Shown here: piece after piece, positions 1 to 10,262 of the stretch
How positions within the stretch are numbered: the first letter of the stretch is position 1
Layout of the letters: each line of letters opens with the position of its first letter
Source of the DNA: Candidatus Nanopelagicales bacterium
GTDB taxonomy: Bacteria > Actinomycetota > Actinomycetes > S36-B12
Direction of reading: 5' to 3'
DNA: 51,746 bases
Assembly (NCBI GenBank): GCA_017857705.1
Contig: JAFMCP010000003.1
Location: 1 to 51,746 of the forward strand
Notes under the pieces: model-generated
What the model saw: the letters and a program-made list of their open reading frames with translations, nothing else
Databases searched by the model: none
What the model was told of the DNA's origin: nothing
Program-made: the position numbers and the translations under genes

Positions 1-1688
1 GACTGACGCATGTTGGTCAGTTTCTTTTCCTTCGTGGGGTTCACGTCCATGTCGTCACTGCGGGAGTTGACTCCAACGACCATTCCTTCATAGACATCGG
101 TACCTGGGCCCACGAACATCGTGCCACGCTCCTGCAGGTTCGCAAGGGCAAAGCCGGTGGTAGGACCGGTTCGGTCGGCAACAAGTGATCCGGTGGGACG
201 GGTGCGTAATTCACCAAACCATGGCTCGTACTTGTCAAAAACATGGTGCAGGAGACCAGTTCCACGAGTTTCAGTGAGGAATTCAGTCCGGAAACCAATC
301 AGTCCTCGAGCAGGGACCAAATAGTCCATGCGAACCCAGCCTGTTCCGTGGTTGATCATTTGATCCATTCGACCCTTGCGCAGTGCCATGAGTTGAGTGA
401 CAACGCCAAGGTAGTCCTCAGGGATATCAACGGAGAGACGCTCAACGGGCTCATGCAGCTTTCCATCAATTACGCGGGTGACAACCTGGGGCTTGCCCAC
501 GGTCAATTCGAATCCTTCCCGCTTCATCATTTCGACGAGGATCGCAAGTTGAAGTTCGCCGCGACCTTGGACTTCCCACGTGTCCGGACGCTCGGTGGGC
601 AGAACACGAATCGAGACGTTACCGATTGTTTCAGCCTGCAAGCGCTCTTTCACCATGTTCGCGGTCAACTTATTTCCACCGCTACGACCAGCGAGTGGAG
701 ATGTATTGATGCCGATTGTCATCGAGATCGAGGGTTCGTCAACGGTGATCACGGGCAAAGCAATGGGGTTTTCCGGATCTGCCAAAGTGTCGCCGATAGT
801 GATGTCAGGAAAACCCGCAACCGCAATGATGTCACCGGGGCCGGCGCTGTCTGCTGGAACTCGGGTAAGTGCTTCGGTCATCAGAAGTTCAACGACGCGC
901 ATTCGATTAACAGTTCCGTCAGACTGAATCCAAGCAACCTGCTGTCCCTTGTTGATCGTGCCTTGATGAACGCGGCATAGTGCCAAGCGACCCAGATAAG
1001 GGGATGCATCCAAGTTGGTCACATGAGCCTGCAACGGTGCACCTTCGGTGTATGTCGGCGCAGGAATCGTCTCGACCAGCGTGCGGAAAAGTGGCTCGAG
1101 ATCTTCTTCCTCTGGCATTCCACCGTCAGCCGGACGAGTCAAGGATGCACGGCCAGCCTTAGCGCTGGTGTACACGATAGGGAATTCGATCTGGGACTCA
1201 TTGGCATCAAGATCGAGAAAAAGTTCATAGGCTTCGTCGACTACTTCAGCGATCCGTGAGTCAGGTCGGTCGACCTTGTTGATTACAAGAACAACTGGCA
1301 AATTCTTTTGTAGTGCTTTGCGCAGTACGAATCGGGTTTGAGGCAACGGCCCTTCGGATGCATCAACGAGCAGTACGACACCGTCGACCATCTCTAATCC
1401 GCGCTCAACTTCGCCACCAAAGTCAGCGTGACCAGGGGTGTCAATAATGTTGAAAGTCATGCCTTCGGCTGGTGCAGATGGCCCCATATAACGAACGGAA
1501 GTGTTCTTGGCCAAAATCGTGATGCCTTTTTCGCGCTCAAGGTCCATCGAGTCCATGACCCGGTCGTTTACATCTTGGTTCTCGCGGAAGGCTCCGGATT
1601 GCCACAACATGGCGTCCACAAGGGTGGTTTTGCCATGGTCAACGTGGGCAATGATGGCAACATTGCGTAAATCTGAGCGGAAAGTCAC
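1..1688 (-). CDS. typA: Translational GTPase TypA/BipA (3' end runs off the window)
   Basis: Manual translation from GTG 1688 gives MTFRSDLRNVAIIAHVDHGKTTLVDAML...EREKGITILAKN...IDTPGHADFGGEVER, i.e. the G1-G3 motifs of the TypA type. It is missing from the ORF track because no stop lies inside the window. Confidence 0.95.
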   Translation of the reverse strand, partial: MTFRSDLRNVAIIAHVDHGKTTLVDAMLWQSGAFRENQDVNDRVMDSMDLEREKGITILAKNTSVRYMGPSAPAEGMTFNIIDTPGHADFGGEVERGLEMVDGVVLLVDASEGPLPQTRFVLRKALQKNLPVVLVINKVDRPDSRIAEVVDEAYELFLDLDANESQIEFPIVYTSAKAGRASLTRPADGGMPEEEDLEPLFRTLVETIPAPTYTEGAPLQAHVTNLDASPYLGRLALCRVHQGTINKGQQVAWIQSDGTVNRMRVVELLMTEALTRVPADSAGPGDIIAVAGFPDITIGDTLADPENPIALPVITVDEPSISMTIGINTSPLAGRSGGNKLTANMVKERLQAETIGNVSIRVLPTERPDTWEVQGRGELQLAILVEMMKREGFELTVGKPQVVTRVIDGKLHEPVERLSVDIPEDYLGVVTQLMALRKGRMDQMINHGTGWVRMDYLVPARGLIGFRTEFLTETRGTGLLHHVFDKYEPWFGELRTRPTGSLVADRTGPTTGFALANLQERGTMFVGPGTDVYEGMVVGVNSRSDDMDVNPTKEKKLTNMRQ

Positions 1689-1751
1689 TTGCGAAGACTA
1701 GGCGTTTATCACATTTCGATTTCACATGGGTGGCAAACGCTAGACTTTGGC

Positions 1752-2633
1752 GTGCTTTTGATCCGGCAGCTTCCCATTTACTCGGTGCTCAAACTCGACC
1801 CAGCAGGCCCAAATCCCTCGATTCCCGCCAATACCGACTTTTGGTCACTTTCTATGTCCTATGACGAACTCTCCCTAGTATGCCGAAGAGACCAAGCTCC
1901 CACCACGGGGATTCTGGAACGCAGCGATGACTGGACCGCCTTCCGAGTCGCAGGAACCATGGAGTTCACACTCACCGGAATAGTGGCGCGAATTTCACAG
2001 GTGCTCGCCGATGCACAAGTGGGGATATTCGTTGTGAGCACCTTTGACACTGATTACATTCTCGTGAATCACAATGATGCTGACACTGCAGTTACGCAAT
2101 GGCGTAGGTCCGGGATCGAAGTTGTCGAACCAATCCACCAAACCGCTCGGCTTGATTTTATCGATATGAACTATGAACGAGAAGATATTGCTAACAACAA
2201 TCGCGACGGAAAATTGTGGGTTGACGACTACCCCACCGAAGCCGACCGAGTGACCGCAAATCTTTCGCTGCTGGCCCAACCGGAGTCACCACCACCGACT
2301 CCCACACTGTTTACTCTGCGTTCACGTTCAAGCGGATTAGCAATCGGTGGTGTCGGTTTCAAAGGTGAATACGTTATTGGTGACTTTTGCGCGATTGAGT
2401 TTCCCCCAATGGAAATTGGCTATGGCCTCGCCGACAGCGTTCACCGACAAGGGTTGGGTACCGAGGCCGTAGCCGGCATTATTGAAATCGCCCGCGAAAG
2501 AGGAATAAAGCAATTGTGCGCTGAGACCGATTGGGCCAATATCGCGAGTCAGAAGGTACTCATGCGCAATGGTTTTAAGGAACTCTCCCGGTCAGATTCT
2601 GGGATCTGGTGGGAGCTTTCAGTCCTTTATTGA
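1752..2633 (+). CDS. ACT-domain (COG3603/CASTOR-like) protein fused to a RimJ-like GNAT acetyltransferase
   Basis: N-half W.AFRVAGTMEFTLTGIVARISQVLADAQVGIFVVSTFDTDYILV is ACT_7-like. C-half EIGYGLADSVHRQGLGTEAV...ETDWANIASQKVLMRNGF carries GNAT motifs A/B. Start moved to GTG 1752, which follows TAGACT-N5. Confidence 0.8.
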   Translation: MLLIRQLPIYSVLKLDPAGPNPSIPANTDFWSLSMSYDELSLVCRRDQAPTTGILERSDDWTAFRVAGTMEFTLTGIVARISQVLADAQVGIFVVSTFDTDYILVNHNDADTAVTQWRRSGIEVVEPIHQTARLDFIDMNYEREDIANNNRDGKLWVDDYPTEADRVTANLSLLAQPESPPPTPTLFTLRSRSSGLAIGGVGFKGEYVIGDFCAIEFPPMEIGYGLADSVHRQGLGTEAVAGIIEIARERGIKQLCAETDWANIASQKVLMRNGFKELSRSDSGIWWELSVLY

Positions 2634-3092
2634 CAGGTAGTCGGCCAGCGAATCAAAGTAACTCTCCATGCCAGCTTGGGCTTGAATTGCATCATGCTCT
2701 GAAAGTTCACCGAATTGGCTGAACTTTACCCAACTGCGAAAATCTTTCGCTTCAAATTCGATACGAATGTTGTGGTGTTCGCGAGTCATGTCCTTTGCGT
2801 TGAACTCGTCAACTGACTCGGTGTAATACAAAGTATGTTCAAGCCGGGCATTCTCAACAATTTCAGTGTATTCACCGTAAAAGTAAGCCACCATGTTCGC
2901 CTCGGGGACATCAATTGCCACACTCCATGCGCCACCAACAAATACCTCGGATCGCATGGAACCGGGTACCACAGAGTGTTGCGTTCCGTGATACCACTCT
3001 CCCAACGCGACACTGTCGGTCCAAGCGGCCCACAAGATCTCTATCGGGATATCGAATTCACGCTCAACGCTGTATGCGGGTTGGTCACTCAT
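2619..3092 (-). CDS. SRPBCC/AHSA1-like (START-like) domain protein
   Basis: VEREFDIPIEILWAAWTD...EWY...VGGAW...GEYTEIVENARLEHT and C-terminal AGMESYFDSLADYL are typical of AHSA1 domains. Confidence 0.8.
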   Translation of the reverse strand: MSDQPAYSVEREFDIPIEILWAAWTDSVALGEWYHGTQHSVVPGSMRSEVFVGGAWSVAIDVPEANMVAYFYGEYTEIVENARLEHTLYYTESVDEFNAKDMTREHHNIRIEFEAKDFRSWVKFSQFGELSEHDAIQAQAGMESYFDSLADYLSIKD

Positions 3093-3142
3093 AGTGTCTC
3101 CCTGTAGTCGGATGGTGCTATTGAACTGTATATCCCTGAAGC

Positions 3143-4216
3143 TCAGACGTTGAAGCGGAACTCCACGACGTCGCCATCGGCCATGACATAGTCCTTGCCC
3201 TCAATTCGGACCTTGCCTCGAGCCTTTGCCTCACTCATGGAACCGGCATCCATCAAGTCTGCGAATGAAACAACTTCGGCCTTGATAAATCCTTTTTGAA
3301 AATCGGTATGAATTACACCAGCGGCCTCGGGTGCAGTTGCATTTCGTGGGATCGTCCAAGCACGAGCCTCTTTGGGGCCCGCGGTGAGATAAGTCTGTAG
3401 ACCCAAGGCGTCAAAACCAACCCGCGCCAAAGCCTTCAGCCCTGACTCGGTTTGGCCAACTGACTGGAGGAGTTCCAGTGCTTCTTCATCGGACATCTCC
3501 ACTAATTCGGACTCAATTTTTGCATCTAAGAAAACAACTTCGGCGGGAGCGACGAGTTCCGTCATCTCTTTACGGAAGTCGGCGTTGGATAACTCTGCTT
3601 CGTCAGCGTTGACAACATAAACGAATGGTTTTGCCGTGAGAAGGAATAATTCGCGAATTGGTTCCGAATCAAAACCCACACTGAATAAAGTCTTACCCGA
3701 GTTAAGAATCTCTTGGGCTTTCTCAGCAGCTGCAAGCACCACTGCCTTTGACTTATCAAGACGCAATTCTTTCTGTAAACGGGGAATTGCTTTTTCAAGT
3801 GATTGCATGTCCGCAAGAATTAGCTCAGTGTTAATCGTCTCCATGTCCTCTTTGGGTGAGACGCGACCTTCGACGTGGACAACGTCGTCGTCGGTAAATG
3901 CACGAAGCACCTGACAAATGGCGTCGGATTCACGAATATTGGCGAGGAACTTGTTGCCAAGACCCGCACCCTCTGAGGCACCCTTGACGATTCCAGCAAT
4001 GTCAACGAAAGTGACACTCGCCTGAATGATTTTCTCGGAGCTAAAAACTTTTGCTAGGTCGGAAAGCCGGGGGTCAGGGACACCCACAACACCTGTGTTT
4101 GGCTCAATAGTCGCGAAGGGGTAGTTCGCGGCAAGGACATCATTTTTTGTCAATGCGTTAAAGAGGGTTGATTTACCCACATTGGGCAGGCCGACGATTC
4201 CAAGAGTTAATCCCAC
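3143..4216 (-). CDS. ychF: Redox-regulated Obg-family ATPase YchF
   Basis: [48 protein letters not shown] and C-terminal [19 protein letters not shown]. Confidence 0.98.
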   Translation of the reverse strand: MGLTLGIVGLPNVGKSTLFNALTKNDVLAANYPFATIEPNTGVVGVPDPRLSDLAKVFSSEKIIQASVTFVDIAGIVKGASEGAGLGNKFLANIRESDAICQVLRAFTDDDVVHVEGRVSPKEDMETINTELILADMQSLEKAIPRLQKELRLDKSKAVVLAAAEKAQEILNSGKTLFSVGFDSEPIRELFLLTAKPFVYVVNADEAELSNADFRKEMTELVAPAEVVFLDAKIESELVEMSDEEALELLQSVGQTESGLKALARVGFDALGLQTYLTAGPKEARAWTIPRNATAPEAAGVIHTDFQKGFIKAEVVSFADLMDAGSMSEAKARGKVRIEGKDYVMADGDVVEFRFNV

Positions 4217-4318
4217 TCCCGTACTTTATTCAGGTCTGACTTCTGTATTTACTTACCCCAAGGGTTCACCCAGCAAATATCAAGAAATTCGTCAACTACT
4301 TTGGACGGTCGTTTGAAA

Positions 4319-4346
4319 TGTCGGTCTGTCATGTCAGTATCGGAGT
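4319..4346 (+). promoter_or_regulatory. Putative PafBC-dependent (RecA-NDp-like) leaderless promoter of rmuC
   Basis: TGTCGG (4319-4324), then 10 nt, then CAGTAT (4335-4340), then 6 nt, then GTG 4347. The mycobacterial consensus is TGTCGG-N10-TANNNT; the -10 has one mismatch. Confidence 0.5.
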
Positions 4347-5420
4347 GTGGATTCAGCAGCAGTACTCATCACAGCAATTGCTCTGGTAATTTTGGGTATC
4401 GGATTTGGATATTTCCTTGGTTCACGGGGAAATCGCTCCTCCGGTGTTCCCGAACTCGAGTCCGGATTAACTTCCCTCTCAGACGCAATAGACCGAATCA
4501 CCAACTCGGTTTCCGCTCAACAAGTTTCCTCTGCCGCGTCCTCGGCTGCACTTCGCACTGAACTCACCGTGTCCATCGCTAACCAATCAGAGAGTCTGCT
4601 CCGATCGGTGTCCGAAGTGAAAGCCCAAGCCCAGCAACTTAGCTCTGTGTTGAGCCGATCGGGTGCCCGCGGGCAATGGGGTGAAATGGAACTCACTCGT
4701 CTCGTTGAAGCAGCCGGCATGATCAACCGGGTTCATTTTCTTGACCAAAATACGATTGACAGTGCACAAGGTCGGTTGCGCCCAGACCTTCAGGTGATGC
4801 TGTCCAACGGACGTTGCATTTTGATTGATGCGAAAACACCCATGGATTCATTTCTTCGAAGCGCCGGAAATCAGTCTGAGGAAAGCATTGACGCTCTTAT
4901 GAGTGCACATGCTGATGCAGTGATTCGACACATTGAACAACTTGGTCGAAAGGCTTATGGCGCAGAAGTTCTCGAAGCAATCGACTTTGTCGTAATGTTC
5001 CTGCCCTCTGAAGCTTTGCTGGAGGCGGCCCTTCACCAGCGTCCCGATCTCCTTGATTTTGCCTTCAGCCGAAACATTGTTCCCGCAACACCGACCACCT
5101 TGTTCGCGCTTCTTCGCGCGGTATCACTCGGTTGGCAGAACAGCGACATGGTGGAGCAAGCCGAAGAAATCTCCCGGCTATCCCAAGAAATGTATTCGCG
5201 GCTAGACGTGGTGCTCAACCATATTGCCAGCGTAGGAAAATCCTTGGGTGCCGCAGTTGGCCACTACAACAGCGCGGTTGGGTCAATTGAAACCCGGCTA
5301 AGGCCAACCGGTCGGGCCCTGACTGACCTTGGGGTTCGGGGTGTTAAAAATGAGAACGAGCTTTCGGCGACCCCTAGCCTTCAGGTGTTCGCATCCAACC
5401 TCTCGGACTCACAAAATTAG
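4347..5420 (+). CDS. rmuC: DNA recombination protein RmuC
   Basis: N-terminal TM helix, RGQWGEMEL, RPD...IDAKTP nuclease-like motif, DFVVMFLPSEALL, ATPTTL. Confidence 0.93.
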   Translation: MDSAAVLITAIALVILGIGFGYFLGSRGNRSSGVPELESGLTSLSDAIDRITNSVSAQQVSSAASSAALRTELTVSIANQSESLLRSVSEVKAQAQQLSSVLSRSGARGQWGEMELTRLVEAAGMINRVHFLDQNTIDSAQGRLRPDLQVMLSNGRCILIDAKTPMDSFLRSAGNQSEESIDALMSAHADAVIRHIEQLGRKAYGAEVLEAIDFVVMFLPSEALLEAALHQRPDLLDFAFSRNIVPATPTTLFALLRAVSLGWQNSDMVEQAEEISRLSQEMYSRLDVVLNHIASVGKSLGAAVGHYNSAVGSIETRLRPTGRALTDLGVRGVKNENELSATPSLQVFASNLSDSQN

Positions 5421-5438
5421 ATTCGGTAGCCTAATGCC

Positions 5439-6152
5439 GTGATCGATCAACCGGGCGAGGAATACGAGGCGCTCTTTCGCCCAGATGAACCTGCGCCAGA
5501 ATCTGCACCAGCGGATCTGGCACCTTCTTCAGTTGATCGCGTTGAGACAGGACGAGTCTTTAAAAGTCAAGGAGTCCAGGGCAACGAGGATGCGTTACTT
5601 GCCCTCCCCGCCGGTCGAACTAGCAAATTACGAACCCTCGAACGAGTCAACACGCCGACCCAGTCCGAGCACATCAGCCAAGGTGGGATCGCACTACATG
5701 CACCCGTTCCAGATCGAGCGGGTCACATTCCAGGACCGGAAGCACCTCAAGCCGAGCAAGTTCGTTCCAGTGGGCGCGGAGCAGTTTTCGGTTCATTAAG
5801 TGCGCTGTGGATCTACGGGATCACAGTTGGTGCAACCTTGCTTCTTGGCCTACTTGACGTCCTTATTTTTGGAGGAGAACCGGGCGCATTTACAGGTGTC
5901 GGAGTGATGGGTGTTTCCATCTTTATCAGCCTAGCTGTCCGTTCACAGGACGATTCACAAGCAATTTTCGCTCCAGCAATTGCATTTTTTGTCATGGCGA
6001 TCACTGTTGGTCAAATCAACGTAACGGACACTTCCCTCATAAATCGATTCGTGAGCGTGTTCTTTATCCTTGGGAACAATTGGTTCTGGGTAATTGGTTC
6101 AACCATCATCGCGCTCGGCGTAGTGGCATTTCGTCGCAGATCAATGCGCTAG
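5439..6152 (+). CDS. Membrane protein, DUF6542-like
   Basis: Acidic/Pro-rich N-terminus followed by about 4 TM segments (QAIFAPAIAF). Conserved position between rmuC and ispH. Confidence 0.6.
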   Translation: MIDQPGEEYEALFRPDEPAPESAPADLAPSSVDRVETGRVFKSQGVQGNEDALLALPAGRTSKLRTLERVNTPTQSEHISQGGIALHAPVPDRAGHIPGPEAPQAEQVRSSGRGAVFGSLSALWIYGITVGATLLLGLLDVLIFGGEPGAFTGVGVMGVSIFISLAVRSQDDSQAIFAPAIAFFVMAITVGQINVTDTSLINRFVSVFFILGNNWFWVIGSTIIALGVVAFRRRSMR

Positions 6153-6192
6153 GTAAAACTGTCGCATCAGCGCTTCAACTCACCAAGCTAAA

Positions 6193-7155
6193 TTACTTGG
6201 CCGCCGCTGCTTTGATATCGCGTCTCAATTCCGGTGGGAGTGCGAACATCAAAGTCTCCTCCGCGGTTCGTACTTCTTCACAGTCACCGAACCCTTGCTC
6301 AGCCAACCAATCAAGCACTTCGTTTACAAGTAGTTCCGGTACTGACGCCCCACTTGTTACTCCAACAATTGAAGCGCCATTTAGCCAATCACTTTTCAAT
6401 TCACGGAAACTGTCAACGCGGTACGAAGATTTGGCACCCGCGTCGAGTGCTACCTCGACTAGCCGAACTGAGTTTGATGAATTTCCGGAACCAACCACAA
6501 TGACGACATCACACTGCGGTGACATTGCCTTCACCGCCGTTTGGCGATTTTGGGTTGCGTAGCAAATATCATCACTTGGCGGACTCGCCATCTCAGGAAA
6601 ACGTTCCTTGAGAACATCAACAGTTTGAATTGTTTCATCAACTGACAGGGTTGTTTGGGAAAGCCAAATGAGTTTTTCTGGGTTTTCAACTTCCAAGTTA
6701 CGTGCTTCTTCTGGGTTCTGCACTAGCGTGATTGAATTTGGGGCTTCCCCCATCGTTCCTTCTACTTCCTCATGTCCAGCGTGACCAATCAGAATGATGT
6801 CGAGCCCTTCATTCGAGAAACGCCTTGCCTCGGCGTGCACTTTTGTTACCAGCGGACAAGTCGCATCGATTGTCTTGAGAGAGCGTTCGGCCGCTTCCTC
6901 GTGCACGCTGGGAGCAACACCATGGGCCGAGAAAATAACTGTCGAGCCCTCCGGAACCACATCGAGTTCATCGACAAAAATCACGCCACGCTCCTGCAAC
7001 GACTCGACAACGAATTTATTGTGAACAATCTCCTTGCGAACGTACAGCGGAGCACCGTAGAGATCCAGCGCCTTCTCAACCGTAAGAATTGCGCGATCAA
7101 CTCCCGCGCAATAACCACGGGGGGCCGCCAATAGGACCTTTTTTGTCGAAGCCAT
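6193..7155 (-). CDS. ispH: 4-hydroxy-3-methylbut-2-enyl diphosphate reductase
   Basis: [40 protein letters not shown] (three Fe-S cysteines), SSNS, TSGASVP. Confidence 0.98.
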   Translation of the reverse strand: MASTKKVLLAAPRGYCAGVDRAILTVEKALDLYGAPLYVRKEIVHNKFVVESLQERGVIFVDELDVVPEGSTVIFSAHGVAPSVHEEAAERSLKTIDATCPLVTKVHAEARRFSNEGLDIILIGHAGHEEVEGTMGEAPNSITLVQNPEEARNLEVENPEKLIWLSQTTLSVDETIQTVDVLKERFPEMASPPSDDICYATQNRQTAVKAMSPQCDVVIVVGSGNSSNSVRLVEVALDAGAKSSYRVDSFRELKSDWLNGASIVGVTSGASVPELLVNEVLDWLAEQGFGDCEEVRTAEETLMFALPPELRRDIKAAAAK

Positions 7156-7201
7156 GCCTCTATCGTAGGCATACCTCCTACTCCCCGCCTAGGCTGCGCA
7201 C

Positions 7202-8347
7202 GTGGCCTTGGAGACTTCGGAGCAATCACCCGCATCAGTACGCGTGATCTCTCAGCTGCTCACGGACTACATCAATCGGTTGAGTTCCATTTGGATTGAG
7301 GGGCAGGTCGCCCAATATCGGGTCCGCCCGGGCGCCAGCGTGCAGTTCCTCACACTTCGCGACACAGACGCTCAGTTTTCGCTTAAAGTCATGGTGAACT
7401 CGGGACTAATCGGCGCAATGGATCCCCCGTTGGCGGAAGGGCAACGAATCATCATTTATGGCCGGTGTGATTTTTGGGCCAAGCAGGGATCATTGCAAAT
7501 AGTCGCCCGTGAGATTCGAGCTGTCGGGCTTGGTGAATTACTGGCTCAATTAGCAGCGCTGAAAGGCAAGCTAGCTGCCGAAGGGCTTTTTTTACCTGAA
7601 CGAAAGAAACTACTTCCTTTCCTCCCGAGGCGGATAGGGCTGATCACAGGGCGGGCGAGCGATGCAATGCATGACGTTCTCACAATCACCAAAGAACGAT
7701 GGCCTGCCTCAGACTTTGAAATTCGCGAAGTTGCCGTGCAAGGAGTCAGTGCAGTCGGCGAAGTTACCGCAGCGCTTCAGGAACTGGATCTGCTCAAACT
7801 TGATGTGATCGTGATCGCTCGGGGAGGTGGCAGCATGGAGGACTTGCTGCCTTTTAGTAATGAAGCATTAGTCCGAGCAGTTAGTTTGGCAACTACCCCA
7901 ATCGTTAGCGCGATTGGACACGAGCAGGACACTCCTCTTTTGGATTTTGTTGCAGACCTGCGAGCATCCACGCCAACCGATGCCGCGAAACGCATAGTTC
8001 CTTCAGTCATTGAAGAGCGCAAGAATGTCGCTGACCTTCGGGCGCGAAACAACCGCTCAATTTCAAATGCTTTGGACATTAACCGGGTTAAGCTGAATGA
8101 GATTCGCAATCGAATGACACAACGATTGACGCATTTAGTCGATTCCGAATTGACAACGGTCAAACACCTACGTGCGCAGGTTCGGGCACTTTCCCCGTCA
8201 GCAACCCTTGAACGTGGCTATGCAATCGTGTCTGACAATTCGGGAAAGATAGTTCGTGACGAAGCCCAAGTTGCAGCTGGTGAAGAAGTACTGATTCGCG
8301 TAAATATCGGTGAATTTTCTGCAAACCGAAAACAGTCCAACAAGTAA
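7202..8347 (+). CDS. xseA: Exodeoxyribonuclease VII large subunit
   Basis: N-terminal OB fold, IVIARGGGSMEDLLPF, SAIGHEQD, RASTPTDAA, TLERGYAIV. Confidence 0.97.
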   Translation: MALETSEQSPASVRVISQLLTDYINRLSSIWIEGQVAQYRVRPGASVQFLTLRDTDAQFSLKVMVNSGLIGAMDPPLAEGQRIIIYGRCDFWAKQGSLQIVAREIRAVGLGELLAQLAALKGKLAAEGLFLPERKKLLPFLPRRIGLITGRASDAMHDVLTITKERWPASDFEIREVAVQGVSAVGEVTAALQELDLLKLDVIVIARGGGSMEDLLPFSNEALVRAVSLATTPIVSAIGHEQDTPLLDFVADLRASTPTDAAKRIVPSVIEERKNVADLRARNNRSISNALDINRVKLNEIRNRMTQRLTHLVDSELTTVKHLRAQVRALSPSATLERGYAIVSDNSGKIVRDEAQVAAGEEVLIRVNIGEFSANRKQSNK

Positions 8348-8353
8348 GGAACC

Positions 8354-8548
8354 ATGATGGCGAAAAGCGAAGAGCCCGGATACGAACAGGCACGAGACGA
8401 ACTGGCAAGTATCGCCTCGCAACTCGAGCGCGGTGGGCAAAGCCTTGAAGAGTCCCTTGCTCTTTGGGAAAGAGGTGAAGTGCTGGCTAAAATCTGTGAA
8501 AAATGGTTGAACGCGGCTAGTGAGAGAATTAATCCAGATCAGGGCTAG
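8354..8548 (+). CDS. xseB: Exodeoxyribonuclease VII small subunit
   Basis: YEQARDEL...LEESLALWERGEVL, directly after xseA. Confidence 0.95.
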   Translation: MMAKSEEPGYEQARDELASIASQLERGGQSLEESLALWERGEVLAKICEKWLNAASERINPDQG

Positions 8549-9083
8549 TCGTCAGTGAACTAACTGCGGCTTCAAGTTCTGGCAATGTGACTGTTCCACT
8601 AACTACTGTCGTTACCTCCGGTGTCACATTGACTAATGCCCGCGAATCTGGGCCTTCAAAGACCAACCAATTTTCGTTAGAGATTGATTTCTCGCCCTCA
8701 CCATAAACACCAAGGAGTTCATTTTTTAAAAACTCTTCATTTGAGGCAGCGGATTGGGTGATTTTTAAGTATTCATCTCCCGGCGTCACATAGCCCACAT
8801 GCCAAACAGGTGCCTCCCGTGAATACTGCGTGGGCTCCCAACGGACACTGGTCGCCCGCAACCCCTCAATTTCAGGGACAACAACGGGGAAGTCAGCCTG
8901 CCCGCTGGCCAGTGAAAATTGTGGCAAAGGATCAACTTCACGGACCGGATCCGGGTTGGGTCGCCAGGTCAACAACATGATTAATCCAATTACTCCAAGG
9001 ACTACTGCGAGAGATCGCACCATGTCTCCCACGGTTTGACGCATCCGCGCATTGCGCTTTCCCGTTGGAACTGGCGTACTCAC
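8529..9083 (-). CDS. DUF4245 family membrane-anchored protein
   Basis: [13 protein letters not shown] plus TM helix, W.ATS...WHVGYVTP..Y....Q, TTVVSG. Conserved position divergent from glpX. Confidence 0.8.
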   Translation of the reverse strand: MSTPVPTGKRNARMRQTVGDMVRSLAVVLGVIGLIMLLTWRPNPDPVREVDPLPQFSLASGQADFPVVVPEIEGLRATSVRWEPTQYSREAPVWHVGYVTPGDEYLKITQSAASNEEFLKNELLGVYGEGEKSISNENWLVFEGPDSRALVNVTPEVTTVVSGTVTLPELEAAVSSLTTSPDLD

Positions 9084-9142
9084 CCTCTAATAATGGATCA
9101 TCAGTCACGTTCTGGCTCACTCAACACCGCTACGCTGCGTCT

Positions 9143-10159
9143 ATGAGCGGAGATCAAGCACAGTCTGCAGCGGTTCCGGAAAGAAATCTGGCCCTTGAAT
9201 TGGTGCGAGCTACCGAGGCTGCGGCCATGGCTGCTGCCCGCTGGGTGGGTCGAGGGGATAAAAATGGGGCCGACGGAGCCGCCGTCAACGCCATGCGCAC
9301 GATAGTCCGCGGAGTCTGCATGAACGGAATCGTGGTAATTGGTGAAGGCGAAAAAGATGAAGCTCCCATGCTATTTAACGGTGAACAGATTGGTGACGGC
9401 AGCGGTCCGGCCGCCGATGTCGCTGTAGACCCTATTGATGGCACGACGCTGGCAGCCAAAGGTATGCCGAATGCGATTTCCGTAATTGCGGTCGCCGAAC
9501 GTGGAACCATGTTTGATCCCAGTGCAGTCTTTTACATGAAAAAGTTGGTTGTTGGCCCTGAAGCAGCCGGGTCAATTGACATCGAAGCACCGACGGCGTG
9601 GAATCTTGCGCAAATTGCAAAGGCTAAGGGTGAATCGGTTTCCCAACTTACCGTGTGTGTGTTGGATCGACCGCGCCACGACGATCTCGTACGCGAAATC
9701 CGAGAAGCTGGCGCACGAATCAAATTTATCGTTGATGGTGACGTCGCTGGAGCCGTAATGGCCGCTCGACCAAATACCGGAATTGATGTCTTAATGGGAA
9801 TCGGCGGAACACCTGAAGGAATTATTACCGCGTGCGCTCTGACTGCCCTTGGTGGCGAAATCCAAGCACAACTGTGGCCTACCAATGATCTGGAGCGAGA
9901 TAAGGCAATCAATGCTGGTCATGATCTCGATCGGATACTGGGAACCCGTGATCTGGTCACCGGTGATAACAACTTTTTCTGTGCAACCGGGATCACAGAC
10001 GGTGAATTGCTCGAAGGTGTTCGCTATAGCCCACAAGGTCCCACAACCAACTCAATTGTGATGCGAAGCAAGAGCAAGACAATCCGTGTCATTAAAAGCG
10101 AACACCATTACGCGCCCGATTCACAGTACTCAACAGTGGTTCTCCCCGACAATTTTTGA
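9143..10159 (+). CDS. glpX: Class II fructose-1,6-bisphosphatase
   Basis: [54 protein letters not shown]. Start set at ATG 9143 (TACGCT-N6). Confidence 0.97.
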   Translation: MSGDQAQSAAVPERNLALELVRATEAAAMAAARWVGRGDKNGADGAAVNAMRTIVRGVCMNGIVVIGEGEKDEAPMLFNGEQIGDGSGPAADVAVDPIDGTTLAAKGMPNAISVIAVAERGTMFDPSAVFYMKKLVVGPEAAGSIDIEAPTAWNLAQIAKAKGESVSQLTVCVLDRPRHDDLVREIREAGARIKFIVDGDVAGAVMAARPNTGIDVLMGIGGTPEGIITACALTALGGEIQAQLWPTNDLERDKAINAGHDLDRILGTRDLVTGDNNFFCATGITDGELLEGVRYSPQGPTTNSIVMRSKSKTIRVIKSEHHYAPDSQYSTVVLPDNF

Positions 10160-10262
10160 TCGATCCCGTCCGTTAAATGTGGCTGCGGCACAGGTTGGTA
10201 CTCCTATCGAAAACTCCGGGCTGGTGAAAACGGCAGTGGGCTCGCCAGCCTAGGCTGTTCCT

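Noticed and set aside
243-980. 245-aa plus-strand ORF
   Set aside because: It lies entirely antisense to typA and has no recognisable motif; a shadow ORF.
10160-10262. Possible small gene (for example whiB-like) between glpX and the fumarase
   Set aside because: Only about 100 bp, with no Cys-rich ORF or RBS; the end is explained by the fumarase promoter.
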